A DNA stretch of 64,000 nt from positions 1-64,000 of the forward strand of contig JBFMAF010000015.1 in the NCBI GenBank assembly GCA_040755995.1, read 5' to 3'. The position numbers and the translations under genes are program-made. The notes under the pieces are model-generated. The model searched no databases. It was not told where the DNA came from and was given only the letters and a program-made list of their open reading frames with translations. This DNA is from Acidobacteriota bacterium. Its GTDB lineage: Bacteria; Acidobacteriota; CAIWXX01. Below are positions 47,628 to 60,472 of this stretch, one piece after another (the first letter of the stretch is position 1; every line of letters begins with the position of its first letter).

Positions 47628-49814
47628 CTACCCGACCTCGAACGGTATGCGTGCGGAGCTCTTGCGGGCGCCGCCGCGGGCAGACGCTTCGACCTCGAGC
47701 TGGTAACGGCCGGGGCCAAGCTGAGTGGGGAGCTTGATTCGAAGGAGCATTTCGTAGTCGCTGGTGCTCAGCCACTCGCCGCGAAGAAACTTGTGGGCGG
47801 AGACCGGTGTGGGCGAACCGTCGGAGCCGGTCACGCGGAGAGCCAGATCGAGTGGAGGCGCGTCGGGCTTGTCCTGTTTCTCGAGGCCGTAGAGCTTGAC
47901 CAGCATCAGGCATTCGTCGCCCGCGCGCAGCTCGGGCTTCGCCCGTGCTGCCACCTGTTTGCCTTCGAACGTCAGAGGGAAGCATGAAGCCTGGTTCTTG
48001 GCGAGTACATTGGTCCACTCGCCGCCTTCGGAGAGCAGGCAGGAGGAGACCGAGAGGCCGATGAAGGGCAGAAGCGAGACGCGGGAGCTGCCGACGGCGC
48101 ACTTGCCGGTCTCCAGATCCCGGGCGATGCCGAGCAAGCGGTACACCCCGGGGGGAACAGACATCACGCCGAGGTAGCGCAGGCCGCCGCGAGCGGTCCC
48201 CGCTGGGAGCTCCGAGGGTCCGGCGACGGATGCTCTCGCCTGATGGTGCGAGTAGCCGATCACATCACCCGTGGAATCATTCGTTGCGAACAAGAAGAAT
48301 TCGAATTCGCGCTCCTTCGTCACACCCATCGAGGTGAGCACCTCCTCAGGCATCTCGACCACGCCGACGATCTGAGGAAGGCCTCCTGCCTCCGCTGATT
48401 CGGCGGATTCGGCAGTGACCGTACACCCGGGAAAGCTGAAACCATACGCCGGCACGTCGATCCCGACCGGGGATCGCGCGCTGTTGAGGATGGACGCCAC
48501 CTGAAGCTGCCGTTCGAGATCGTTGTACTCTACGAAAGGCTTGTCCTCGTAATAGCCCTTTCTGTAAGAGATCTTGGTGCCCGATCGTTCCAGGTCCACG
48601 TCGATCTCGTGATACTTGCCGGTCTTGGTCGATGGAGCGCGATAAGTGAGAAGGTAGTAAGAGGTGGTGGATTCGGCTACGGTGGTCATGACGCGATCGA
48701 TGAGGTTCGTGTGCCGGAAGACCTGTCCGCCGGTCTCGCCGGCCAGCTGCTCGAGCATGACGTGCGTGCGGACTGCTGAATCCTCGGTTGTGGTCGCCTC
48801 GCCGATCTGCCGTCCGCCGGTCGGATCGATCGAGAAGATGCGGCAGTCGCTCGTCGAGAAGTTGTTTGCGGCCTTCTCCAGGGTGTTGATGTTCCGGTTG
48901 TCGACGTCGCGCGTCGAGGTATCCATCTTCGTAAATTCGCCGAGCGCGAATTTTTCCGCGTTCAATGTCGCTTCGTCCAGCGTCTCGCCTCCGAGTGCCT
49001 TGATATCGAAGCCGTGTGAGAAGAGGACCATGACCTTCCGTCCCGGCATGGCGTCGATGCTTCGCGCGAAGGTGCTCAGCCGGTCAAGATAGCGCCCCAC
49101 ATCGGTCCGGTACTGCTGGACATCCGAGCGTTTCAAGTCCCTGTACAGGTAATCGTCCTCCTCGGCGCGCATATCCCTGGGGCCCTGTGTGAGGCCCTTG
49201 CGGAGCCATGTCGCCTTGACTGGTCCAGTCCGCTCCACCGGGACGATGCGAACCAGCCCCGCGGAGTCTGCGAGGAACTTGTTGCCCCTGGTCGACGCCA
49301 GCGAAGCCACCGCATCCGCGAGCTGTTCCTTGTCCTGCGTGAAGTTCATGTGCATCCTCACCCCTGCCGTCAGGTCGATGGTGAAGATCGCCGCATCATC
49401 GCCCGGCACCATGTCGCCGTCGATGAACTTCAATGTCGCCTCGCGCGCCGCCCGCAGCCCGCCGAGGTCTCCGAAACTCAAGTCGAACAAGAAGATGAAG
49501 TGGCGCGCCAGACGGATGCCGCCCGGCGCCGGCGGCGGAGCAGCCTGGGCGACCGGCAGAGGGATCTCTACGAGGAGCATGTCCTCGATCTCCTGCGGGT
49601 TCCCATTGTCCTTGATGCGGAAGTCCCCTTTCTTCAAATCCTTCACGGGCCTCCCATCATTGCCCGTCACCACGACCGGCACACTGATCACGGCGACCTC
49701 GGCCTTCTCCGTGACAGCTTGCTGAGAGCGGGCGTCGGCGAGTGCGCCCGCCACGGTGACGGCCGCGAGCAGAACCGCGAACGAACTGGTCATTCCCTTC
49801 TTACTGAAAATCAT
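47628..49814 (-). CDS. VWA (VWFA-related, acidobacterial type) exported protein
   Basis: Signal peptide; VPVVVTGNDGRPVKDL, FLFDLS, GRKVMVLFSHG, LAGETGG, YYLLTY. Confidence 0.82.
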   Translation of the reverse strand: MIFSKKGMTSSFAVLLAAVTVAGALADARSQQAVTEKAEVAVISVPVVVTGNDGRPVKDLKKGDFRIKDNGNPQEIEDMLLVEIPLPVAQAAPPPAPGGIRLARHFIFLFDLSFGDLGGLRAAREATLKFIDGDMVPGDDAAIFTIDLTAGVRMHMNFTQDKEQLADAVASLASTRGNKFLADSAGLVRIVPVERTGPVKATWLRKGLTQGPRDMRAEEDDYLYRDLKRSDVQQYRTDVGRYLDRLSTFARSIDAMPGRKVMVLFSHGFDIKALGGETLDEATLNAEKFALGEFTKMDTSTRDVDNRNINTLEKAANNFSTSDCRIFSIDPTGGRQIGEATTTEDSAVRTHVMLEQLAGETGGQVFRHTNLIDRVMTTVAESTTSYYLLTYRAPSTKTGKYHEIDVDLERSGTKISYRKGYYEDKPFVEYNDLERQLQVASILNSARSPVGIDVPAYGFSFPGCTVTAESAESAEAGGLPQIVGVVEMPEEVLTSMGVTKEREFEFFLFATNDSTGDVIGYSHHQARASVAGPSELPAGTARGGLRYLGVMSVPPGVYRLLGIARDLETGKCAVGSSRVSLLPFIGLSVSSCLLSEGGEWTNVLAKNQASCFPLTFEGKQVAARAKPELRAGDECLMLVKLYGLEKQDKPDAPPLDLALRVTGSDGSPTPVSAHKFLRGEWLSTSDYEMLLRIKLPTQLGPGRYQLEVEASARGGARKSSARIPFEVG

Positions 49815-49896
49815 GAGACCCTCCCATAGCATTGTTTGCAAGCATCGCGCACGGCGAGCCATGGCGGCCGGCCGCCGCGCTCGATCCGCTTCCGAG

Positions 49897-50448
49897 TCAT
49901 TGTCCGGCTCCGAATGCCGGCGACAGCTGTGCCAGCAGCAGGGCTGCGATGGTCTTCGCATCCCGAATCGCGCCTCGCCGCACGAGCTCCACGGCCTCCG
50001 TCATCGCCACCGGCACGACTTCGATCGACTCGTCCTCGTCGGCGGATCGCCCCTGGGCAGGGAGGAGTCCGGCGGCAAGGAAGCAATGAATCTTTTCGTC
50101 GGTGAATCCGGGCGTAGTGTAGAAATCGCCCAGGGGAATCCACGTAAGCGCCGCGTAGCCGGTCTCCTCTGCCAGCTCCCGCTGTGCGCATGCAAGCGGC
50201 TCCTCGCCGGCTGCGTCGAGCTTCCCCGCCGGCAGTTCCAGCAGCATCTCGGCGACGGCGTACCGGTACTGGCGAACCAGGACCACTCGCCCGTCGTCCA
50301 GGAGTGGGACAACCAGTGAGGCGCCCGGATGGCGCACGACCTCGCGGATCGTCTCGACCCCGTTCCCGAGCCGCACGCGATCCACGTCGAGCCTGACAAT
50401 GCGTCCCGAATACACTCGCTCACCCTCGAGCCTATGTTCTATCTCCAT
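49897..50448 (-). CDS. nudF: NUDIX hydrolase, ADP-ribose pyrophosphatase family
   Basis: REVVRHPG, QYRY, ELPAG...AQRELAEETG, DAKT. Confidence 0.88.
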   Translation of the reverse strand: MEIEHRLEGERVYSGRIVRLDVDRVRLGNGVETIREVVRHPGASLVVPLLDDGRVVLVRQYRYAVAEMLLELPAGKLDAAGEEPLACAQRELAEETGYAALTWIPLGDFYTTPGFTDEKIHCFLAAGLLPAQGRSADEDESIEVVPVAMTEAVELVRRGAIRDAKTIAALLLAQLSPAFGAGQ

Positions 50449-50788
50449 GCCCAGCATTATCCACGATTCTGGGCCGAATGGCATCGGCCCTGGGACGAGA
50501 CGGCGTCGTGGAGTTGGGAATGGCAAGATTCGCGGGGCATCAGACGGCTGAAATCGTTGCGAGGCGCCGTGAGCTACCACTCGGAATGCGATCAGTATCC
50601 GCGTAATTTCTGCGCTCTGCGCAATCTGCCGATCTACTCGGGCCGGTGCCTGGCGACTGCCCCGGGCCGAGTGATCACACCCGGGTGGATGGGTGGATTG
50701 CGGCGGTTGCGATGAAAGCGCAGCCGTACTACGATGTTCACGTGCTCCGTCTCATCGCCGACCTTTACGAATCATGCGAGGTGCTGCA

Positions 50789-52444
50789 ATGACGACGCAT
50801 CCACTGGCGGGCAAATCAGTGCCCGACGAGCTCCTTATCGACGTCGAGGCGCTCGAGAGAGCCTACTGCGACCGCGGGCCGGATCCCGCAGATCCGAATC
50901 AGCTCGTGAGCTTCGGCACGAGCGGCCACCGCGGCTGCTCGCTCGATGGGACCTTCAACGAGGCCCACATTCTGGCCACCACCCAGGCGATCTGTGACTA
51001 CCGGCGGGCGCGGGCAATTCACGGGCCGTTGTTCATGGGCAAGGACACGCACGCTCTTTCTGCGCCTGCGCAACGGACCGCCATCGAGGTGCTGGCCGCC
51101 AACGGGGTTGAGGCCTTCATACAGAAGGATGACGGCGTCACGCCGACGCCATCGATATCGAGGGCGATCATTCAGTTCAACCGTGGTGGAAGCGGGCTCC
51201 AGGCGGACGGGATCGTCGTGACACCGTCGCACAACCCGCCCTCCGACGGCGGCTTCAAGTATAACCCGCCCAATGGCGGTCCCGCCGACACGGAGGTGAC
51301 ACGCTGGATCCAGGATCGCGCGAACCTGCTGCTGAGGGCGGGCAACGCGGAGGTCAGGCGGATTGCGTACGAGGCGGCGCTCAAGGTGCCGACCACGCAC
51401 GAACACGACTTCATCGCCCCCTACGTCCGGGACCTCGTCACGGTCGTGGACATGGACGTGATCCGAGCCGCAGGCGTGCGCGTCGGAGTCGACCCGATGG
51501 GAGGCTCAGCCATTGGATACTGGGACCCCATCAGAGAGCGGTATGGGATCGACCTGGCAGTGGTGAATACGCTCGTGGATCGCACGTTCCGCTTCATGAC
51601 GGTCGATCACGACGGCAAGATCCGGATGGACTGCTCGAGCCCGTACGCCATGGCGAGGCTCGTCGGCCTCAAGGACAGCTTCGACGTGGCCTTCGGCAAC
51701 GACACCGACGCGGATCGCCATGGGATCGTCGCGAAGTCCACGGGGCTGATGAATCCCAATCACTATCTTTCGGTGGCTATCAACTACCTGTTGACCCACC
51801 GGCCGGCCTGGACGAACTCGTCGGCCGTCGGCAAGACCCTGGTGAGCAGCGGGCTCATCGACCGCGTGGTGCGCGACCTCGACAGGAGGCTCGTCGAGGT
51901 CCCCGTGGGCTTCAAGTGGTTTGCCCGGGGGCTGCTCGATGGAACGATCTGCTTCGGAGGCGAGGAGAGCGCCGGCGCAAGCTTCCTGCGAATGGACGGC
52001 ACCGTCTGGTCGACCGACAAGGACGGCCTCATCCTGGGGCTGCTTGCTGCCGAGATCACGGCCCGAACGGGGAAGGATCCGGGGGAACACTACCGGGAGC
52101 TGGCGGCGCGGTTTGGCGTGCCGCACTACGTTCGCATCGACGCTCCTGCCACACCGGCGCAGAAGGCTGCTTTGAAGGGGCTGTCGGCGGAGTCGGTAGT
52201 CGCACAGGAGCTCGCCGGCGAACCCATACTCGGGAAGCTCACACGAGCCCCTGGCAACGGCGCGCCGATCGACGGCTTGAAGGTCGTCGCTGAGAACGGC
52301 TGGTTTGCCGCCCGGCCGTCGGGCACTGAGAATATCTACAAACTCTACGCGGAGAGCTTCAAGAGTCGCGCCCACCTCGACGAGATCGTCCAGGAGGCTC
52401 AGCGGATCGTGCTCCAGTCCCTCCGTGGCAGCCGAACTGCCTGA
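50789..52444 (+). CDS. pgm: Phosphoglucomutase (alpha-D-glucose phosphate specific)
   Basis: [34 protein letters not shown]. Confidence 0.96.
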   Translation: MTTHPLAGKSVPDELLIDVEALERAYCDRGPDPADPNQLVSFGTSGHRGCSLDGTFNEAHILATTQAICDYRRARAIHGPLFMGKDTHALSAPAQRTAIEVLAANGVEAFIQKDDGVTPTPSISRAIIQFNRGGSGLQADGIVVTPSHNPPSDGGFKYNPPNGGPADTEVTRWIQDRANLLLRAGNAEVRRIAYEAALKVPTTHEHDFIAPYVRDLVTVVDMDVIRAAGVRVGVDPMGGSAIGYWDPIRERYGIDLAVVNTLVDRTFRFMTVDHDGKIRMDCSSPYAMARLVGLKDSFDVAFGNDTDADRHGIVAKSTGLMNPNHYLSVAINYLLTHRPAWTNSSAVGKTLVSSGLIDRVVRDLDRRLVEVPVGFKWFARGLLDGTICFGGEESAGASFLRMDGTVWSTDKDGLILGLLAAEITARTGKDPGEHYRELAARFGVPHYVRIDAPATPAQKAALKGLSAESVVAQELAGEPILGKLTRAPGNGAPIDGLKVVAENGWFAARPSGTENIYKLYAESFKSRAHLDEIVQEAQRIVLQSLRGSRTA

Positions 52445-52446
52445 CC

Positions 52447-52490
52447 CTTCTGCACTTTGCACTTTGCATCCTGCATTTTTATTTTGCCTT
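52447..52490. repeat. 7-bp tandem repeat (TTTGCAC-like) after the pgm stop
   Basis: CTTCTGCACTTTGCACTTTGCATCCTGCATTTT. Confidence 0.65.
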
Positions 52491-52534
52491 GCCCCCTGGG
52501 AGGGAGTCTGGTATAGTGCGACCGGTTCAGTGAC

Positions 52535-52993
52535 ATGAGGACAACGGCTGGCCGCGCAATTCTCACGTTCGTCCTGATCCTGGCGCTGTGTAGCCCGGTG
52601 GTGTCGAGCCCCGTGAAGCCGGCTATCTCGATGGAGATAAAGGGCCCCGGCAAACCGGTGCAGCCCGGGCCGCTGACGATACGCATCGAGATCGTCGCCA
52701 AGATCCAGGTCGCATCGGTCAACGTGAAGGCCTACATGGACAAGATGCCGGCGCAGACGACACCGCAGCCTCCGTTGGCGTTGAACCGGGGCGACAGGCG
52801 AAGCGTCGATGTCATCCTGCAGATCACCGACAGGAAGGAACATTGGTTCTTCGCCGAAGCCGAGGTCACGCTTCTCTCAGGCGAGCGCCTGAGCGTGATG
52901 AAATCCCTGGTCCTCAACCCCAGCAAGAGCGGTAAGAGCAACAAGCCCGACACGACCTACGATACTTACCGGGCCGAAAAACCGCACAAGTAG
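52535..52993 (+). CDS. Hypothetical secreted protein, beta-rich
   Basis: Signal peptide, coding-like composition, TGGTATAGT -10 upstream. Confidence 0.65.
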   Translation: MRTTAGRAILTFVLILALCSPVVSSPVKPAISMEIKGPGKPVQPGPLTIRIEIVAKIQVASVNVKAYMDKMPAQTTPQPPLALNRGDRRSVDVILQITDRKEHWFFAEAEVTLLSGERLSVMKSLVLNPSKSGKSNKPDTTYDTYRAEKPHK

Positions 52994-53119
52994 CCGCCAC
53001 CTCCCGCGATAGACAGGTCGGGGCGCCGAAATTGCAGGCGCCTGGGCAGCCGCGGTTGCGCGACTTGCGCGTGCAACATCCTCTCGCAAGAACCGCCCGG
53101 AGCGTCTATAATGGGCCGC

Positions 53120-53683
53120 ATGCCGTTCAGAGCTGAGCACCAGGCGCTCAACGAGTTCCTGGACAAGAGGAGCATGAAGCGGTCGCGCAAGCGACAGCTC
53201 GTGCTGGAGTGTTTTCTCAGGAGCGAGTCCCACCTGAGCGCCGAGGATCTGTACCGGCTCGTGCACAGGGAGCATCCTGAGATAGGCCGATCTACTGTGT
53301 ACCGGGCGCTCAAGCTTTTCTGCGAAAGCGGAGTGGCCCGCCAGGTGGACCTGCGCGACGGGCGCGAACGCTATGAGCACCACTTCCAGCATCCGCACCA
53401 CGATCACATGGTGTGCACCACTTGCGGCCGCACCTTCGAATTCGTCTGCCAGGAGATCGAAGCCCTGCAGGGGCGAGTCGCCGAATCGATCAAGTTCGCT
53501 GCTGCGAGCCACACCCTGCAGATTTTCGGCGAGTGCGCTGCCTGCCGCCGGAGGGCGAGGAGGCGCCGGCTCACCGCGCCTCCGACCTCACACAGGTTGA
53601 TCGAGCTCGATCGCAACACGACCAGGCAGAAGGCGGTCACGGCCGGCAGTGATCCGGCGGTGCGGGGCACGCGCCACCGGTAG
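53120..53683 (+). CDS. fur: Fur-family transcriptional repressor
   Basis: HLSAEDL, STVYR, HHDHMVCTTCG, C-terminal CAAC. Confidence 0.9.
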   Translation: MPFRAEHQALNEFLDKRSMKRSRKRQLVLECFLRSESHLSAEDLYRLVHREHPEIGRSTVYRALKLFCESGVARQVDLRDGRERYEHHFQHPHHDHMVCTTCGRTFEFVCQEIEALQGRVAESIKFAAASHTLQIFGECAACRRRARRRRLTAPPTSHRLIELDRNTTRQKAVTAGSDPAVRGTRHR

Positions 53684-53813
53684 ACACGGCTTGCGCCGGC
53701 CGGGGTCCGCCGCTTTCCGCGACGTCCCCTGCACGGCAGCGCGTGAAACCGGCGCAGCGCCCGGCGCGGCCGGACCGGCCCCGCGTCCGCCACCGGTCTG
53801 AGGCAACTCCTCG

Positions 53814-54662
53814 CTAGTTCCCGGCCAGATCGGGGCTCAAGCTTCGCTGAATCTCCTCCACGAAACGCGTCTCCTCGGCCAGCGCCTCCTGGGCCGCAGC
53901 GTTGAGCCGGTGGCGTTCCTGCCACGCGGCTCGCAAGAGCGACTCGACCTCAGGCCCCGGAGAGCCTCCGTCGACCGCTTTGGCCCATTCCCCCTCGAGC
54001 ATCCCGATCAACACATCCATGTCGTGAATCTCGCCGAGCCGGTCCTGCACCCGCTTGCACGAGGAGAGCCAGGCATCGGTGTGGGCACCGAGCGCCTCTG
54101 CAAACAGCTCGAGACGATACCGCAGACGCTTGAAACAAATACGCAGCTGGTGAACCGGTGCCGCGTTGTCGGACCGGCTGACCTCCGGCATGACCTCGCG
54201 GATCGCCTGAAGCTGTGGCAGCAGGTGGGCCGGGGCCTCGGCGACGAAGCGCCGGTGATCATCCGCCGTCACCACGACTGTGACGACAGGCATGGGTAGC
54301 CATAGCATCGGCCGCAGCTTCTTGAGAATCTCGCGGCGGTCGGACATCAGGCGCGTCAGGTAGGCCTGGCCCTGTGTCGCGCTTGAGTCCGATTGCAGGG
54401 CGAGCTTCCGCATGTTCTCCAGTGCGACATCCAGATCCCGAAGCTGCCCGAGCTTCTTCCTGATGCGCGATGCGACCTTCTTCAGCCTGCCCAGCTCCTC
54501 CACCGGAAACACCCCTTGAGCGGCGGCCAGCCGCCTGGCGCTCACCCGCAAGTCGTGGATATTGTCAGGCGTGGCTCGCCTGGCCGTCTTCCGGCAGAGC
54601 CTGGCGAAGATGGCGATGCGCTCCTCGAGGATTCGGGCGCCCGCCTTCCAGAATGTTTCCAT
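53814..54662 (-). CDS. CHAD-domain (polyphosphate-binding) protein
   Basis: HDLRVSARR, LGQLRDLDV, HQLRICFKRLRY, LGEIHD. Confidence 0.88.
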   Translation of the reverse strand: METFWKAGARILEERIAIFARLCRKTARRATPDNIHDLRVSARRLAAAQGVFPVEELGRLKKVASRIRKKLGQLRDLDVALENMRKLALQSDSSATQGQAYLTRLMSDRREILKKLRPMLWLPMPVVTVVVTADDHRRFVAEAPAHLLPQLQAIREVMPEVSRSDNAAPVHQLRICFKRLRYRLELFAEALGAHTDAWLSSCKRVQDRLGEIHDMDVLIGMLEGEWAKAVDGGSPGPEVESLLRAAWQERHRLNAAAQEALAEETRFVEEIQRSLSPDLAGN

Positions 54663-54924
54663 GGACCTCACCAGGGTGGGCACATTATAGTTGGCATCTA
54701 TCGCAGATTCAAAACGGACGCGCCCGCGGCCATCGCGGCCGCCGTGATGGTCGATCCTGTGCTGGTATCCCCCGACAACGAAAGCGACCACGACGACTGT
54801 GGCGATCACGATTCCTCCCGCAAGATTCGAGTCGCTGGACAGACGCAACTCGCACACGCGCACGACGCGCACGCTCGCAACTTGACTCCGCCGGTCACGG
54901 AATGCTATTAGTTAGGCGCTCAGC

Positions 54925-55001
54925 GGGGTCGTAGTTCAGCTGGTTAGAACGCCGGCCTGTCACGCCGGAGGTCGCGAGTTCGAGTCTCGTCGGCCCCGCC
55001 A
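54925..55001 (+). tRNA. tRNA-Asp (GTC)
   Basis: Acceptor GGGGTCG/CGGCCCC, anticodon arm CCGGC-CTGTCAC-GCCGG, TTCGA T-loop, encoded CCA. Confidence 0.97.
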
Positions 55002-55122
55002 TTCTTCTCCGGCATCCCGAAGGTTCTTGCGCGCCGCGGGGGGCCGCATTGAAATCGGGCGCCGGAGAGATGTCGCGCGCAGTGCGCCCATACGCAACAC
55101 GGCGGGCCGCGGTGGCCGGCGT

Positions 55123-57486
<2,364 letters not shown>

Positions 57487-57606
57487 GATCTCGCTCCTCT
57501 CGCCGCCGACTTACCTTCGATTCATCCGCTCACAATTCACATTATGACTCATCCGGCGGGCCGCATCAATCGCGCGTGCCGGTCTCTCTCCTCGATAGGA
57601 CTCCGG

Positions 57607-57921
57607 CTACTCCTCCTCCAGGCTCGCGCGCAAGGGGAACCCGTTCTCTCGCGCCAGCTCGTGCACGTGATCGACCTTCGTTTCGGCGATCTCGTAGGGA
57701 TAGACCCCGCAGATTCCCGCCCCCTCGACATGCACCTGGAGCATGATTCTGACGGCTTCGCCCGGGGGTTTGTTGAAGACGGCCATGAGAACCTGCACCA
57801 CGAATTCCATGGTTGTGTAGTCGTCGTTGTGGAGGATCACCTTGAACAGGGCCGGCTTCTTGGTGACAGGCCGCGTCTTCTCAAGGACTTCGCCGCCCGG
57901 TTTCCGCTCTTCGGTCGCCAT
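57607..57921 (-). CDS. clpS: Clp protease adaptor ClpS
   Basis: VILHNDDYTTMEFV, IAETK, FPL. Confidence 0.96.
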   Translation of the reverse strand: MATEERKPGGEVLEKTRPVTKKPALFKVILHNDDYTTMEFVVQVLMAVFNKPPGEAVRIMLQVHVEGAGICGVYPYEIAETKVDHVHELARENGFPLRASLEEE

Positions 57922-57974
57922 ACCCCCTCACTCCTCCCGCCGCGCGCCTCGAACGCCCCCACGCGGGTGAGGTG

Positions 57975-58003
57975 AGTCCCGCGCGGACAAGCCGCGCGGG
58001 ACT
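57975..58003. terminator. 12-bp GC hairpin after the FmdB-family gene
   Basis: AGTCCCGCGCGG-acaag-CCGCGCGGGACT; no U-tract. Confidence 0.4.
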
Positions 58004-58009
58004 GCGCTG

Positions 58010-58315
58010 TTAGGCAGGTTTAGTTTCCGAAGAAACGCGGGTCTCGCTGGAGCTGTCCTGCGAAGTTGCCTTCGTCGAGGGTTTCTCTCCAGCGGATGTT
58101 TCAGGTGAGCTCTTCGCGCCGGAGCCGTTCGGCCCCTTTCGCGCATAATCCGTTATGTACCACCCACTCCCTTTGAAGTGAATAGCAGGAGACGATAGAA
58201 GTTTCTCAACTTCGCCTCCGCACGCCGGGCAGGTCTTGACCGGTGGCTCGGAGAACTTCTGGATGACTTCCGTCCGTCTCCCGCATACGAGACATCCGTA
58301 CTCGTAAAGTGGCAC
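58010..58315 (-). CDS. FmdB-family zinc-ribbon protein
   Basis: MPLYEYGCLVCG, CPACGG, FKGSGWYITDY. Confidence 0.9.
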   Translation of the reverse strand: MPLYEYGCLVCGRRTEVIQKFSEPPVKTCPACGGEVEKLLSSPAIHFKGSGWYITDYARKGPNGSGAKSSPETSAGEKPSTKATSQDSSSETRVSSETKPA

Positions 58316-58537
58316 CTACTCGTTACCTCCGTCGTGCAATCAAGCCTCTAATCATATCCCCTGATTCCCGGGGTGTCAAGGTCGCGCGATTCCCCGCAAT
58401 CCGGCGGTCGTATGCGTCGTTCAGTCGCCGTCCATCAGAGGGGGCTGAGGCCGGACCCGATACCGAAGCTTGATAATCGGGACCAGAGTCCGTAATATAG
58501 CAGCAGGAGGAGGGGAGCTCTCACAGCACGACGCCGG

Positions 58538-59176
58538 ATGATCACCGGGTTCAACACGGACATCAAGCACAAGGGCCAGGTCTACCACATACAGACCGAG
58601 GACAAGGGTCTGTCCAACCCAGTCATCGAATCCCTCGTGTACAAGGGGGGCGAGATACTGGCCACGCGTCGCAGCTCATACAAGGACCAGCTTGATGAGG
58701 GGTTCGATGAGAAAGAGCTTACGAAGCTCATGGAGGAGCAGCACCGGCGGGTGATCTTCGACATCCAGAACGGCCGGCTGGATTCGAAGGAAGGCAACCT
58801 GCTGGAAGGCTCTGACGAGAGGACCCTCGACGAGCTGGTGATCGAGTACCTGGCCACGTTGCTCGGCGGTGAGAGATTGAAGATCAAGCTTCCCGATTCG
58901 CTCGACATCCTGCCGGGCCTCCCGACCGAGTTCGTGGTGTCGACGCGCAAGGACCTGACGCTCGAGCCTGTGCCGGGCTCGCGGGTCACCGTCGACCTGG
59001 TGGTCTCTGACAAGACTCACTCTCTGTTCGTCGGAATAACCGACAGGTTCGGCAAGACCACGGCGCGTTTCACTGTGCCGGAATCGATCGGCGAGGACGC
59101 GATGCTGGTCATCTCGGCGGCGAGCGAGCGGGGTCAGGCCGAGTGCAGGCACGCCATACGGCGAGCCCGCAAGTAG
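58538..59176 (+). CDS. Conserved hypothetical protein
   Basis: MITGFNTDIKHKGQVYHIQTED N-terminal domain plus Ig-like C-terminus; TTGATA-17-TAATAT promoter upstream. Confidence 0.75.
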   Translation: MITGFNTDIKHKGQVYHIQTEDKGLSNPVIESLVYKGGEILATRRSSYKDQLDEGFDEKELTKLMEEQHRRVIFDIQNGRLDSKEGNLLEGSDERTLDELVIEYLATLLGGERLKIKLPDSLDILPGLPTEFVVSTRKDLTLEPVPGSRVTVDLVVSDKTHSLFVGITDRFGKTTARFTVPESIGEDAMLVISAASERGQAECRHAIRRARK

Positions 59177-59278
59177 CCGCAAAGCGCGTCGACCCAGCCT
59201 GCGCCCTTACCTGAGGTGGCCTCCGCAGCTCTACGCCGGCCCGGCACGAGCCCCGGCGCTGAAGCGCCCGGCGTGTCG

Positions 59279-60325
59279 TCAGAAGTAGTAGAACGCCAGC
59301 CCCAGTATGGCGTAGATCGCAAGCAGCTCCACCCCCTCGAACCAGTTGCTCTGGCCGTTCAGAATCACGAACGGCACGGCGATGGTCGAAGCGGCGATGG
59401 CTACGATCTCGATCGAAGTGAAGGCCAGTGCGATGGGCTGCCCGATGAAGTACCCGATGATGACCAGAAGGGGCCCCACGAAGAGTGCGATCTGGAGGCT
59501 CGATCCGAGGCAGATGTTCAATGAGACATCCACCTTGTTCTTCATGGCCATCACGACCGACGACGCATGCTCCGCTGCATTGCCGACCATCGCGAGCAGG
59601 ATCGCCCCCATGAAGAGGTCGTTGAATCCGATCTTGTGGCCCACGTCGCCGACCGTGTGGACGATGTTCTCGCTCAGATAGCTGACCACGACCGCCGCCA
59701 CCGCGAGCAGCAGGCCGGCGGTCTTTGCGCCCCACTCAGGCTTCTCGTGCTTCTCTTCCCCGCCGAACAGGTGCCGATGTGTCTTCAGCGAGAAGAGCAG
59801 TGAAATGAGATAGGTTCCGATGAGGACCACTGAAACCCAGAGCGTCAGGCGGATCTCCTGCGCCTTGGCCAGGCCCGGATCGGTGATGTGGACCGCCGCC
59901 GGGATGAGAACCCCGATCACGGATAGCACCAGAAGCGACGACCCGGATTCGGCAGCGATCGGTGAGAAGGTTTGAACCGAATGCTTCCAGCCACCCAGGA
60001 GGATCGAAAGCCCGAACACCAAGAGCAGATTGCCAATCATGGATCCCGTGAGCGTTGCCTGGACGAGCGGAATCAGGCCGCCCTTGAGCGCGTAAATGGC
60101 GAGAATCAGCTCGGCCGCGTTTCCGAACGTGGCGTTCAGAAACCCGCCCATCGCCGCGCCCGTGCGCGCAGCCAGAGACTCCGTCGCGCGCCCCATCAGC
60201 GCGGCCATGGGCACCATGGACACGCAGCTGAGCAAGAACAGCGGCATCCCGCCGATACCCAAGAGATGAACCAGCACGGTCGCAGGAATGGGTAGGTAGA
60301 ATGCCAGCTTGAGCGCCCTGCGCAT
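59279..60325 (-). CDS. cax: Calcium/proton exchanger (CAX/ChaA family)
   Basis: Two GNAAE motifs, GSMIGNLLL, GSSLQIALF. Confidence 0.93.
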   Translation of the reverse strand: MRRALKLAFYLPIPATVLVHLLGIGGMPLFLLSCVSMVPMAALMGRATESLAARTGAAMGGFLNATFGNAAELILAIYALKGGLIPLVQATLTGSMIGNLLLVFGLSILLGGWKHSVQTFSPIAAESGSSLLVLSVIGVLIPAAVHITDPGLAKAQEIRLTLWVSVVLIGTYLISLLFSLKTHRHLFGGEEKHEKPEWGAKTAGLLLAVAAVVVSYLSENIVHTVGDVGHKIGFNDLFMGAILLAMVGNAAEHASSVVMAMKNKVDVSLNICLGSSLQIALFVGPLLVIIGYFIGQPIALAFTSIEIVAIAASTIAVPFVILNGQSNWFEGVELLAIYAILGLAFYYF

Positions 60326-60435
60326 GGTCGCGATGATACCACGCCGAACTGCGGATCGCCAGCGGCACGCTCGGGGTGTATATCCCATGGCCGGCCGCTC
60401 CAGGGCCGGAAAGACCGTGGGTTCGTGTCGTCGGG

Positions 60436-60465
60436 TTGACCGCGCACAGGTCGGCACTATACAAT
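60436..60465 (+). promoter_or_regulatory. Sigma70 promoter, probably giving a leaderless pyrE mRNA
   Basis: TTGACC-18-TACAAT, ATG 7 nt downstream, no SD. Confidence 0.6.
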
Positions 60466-60472
60466 CCGCCCC

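Noticed and set aside
54925..55120. tRNA-Asp as an integration site
   Set aside because: No integrase and no duplicated tRNA 3' end seen; clpA follows directly
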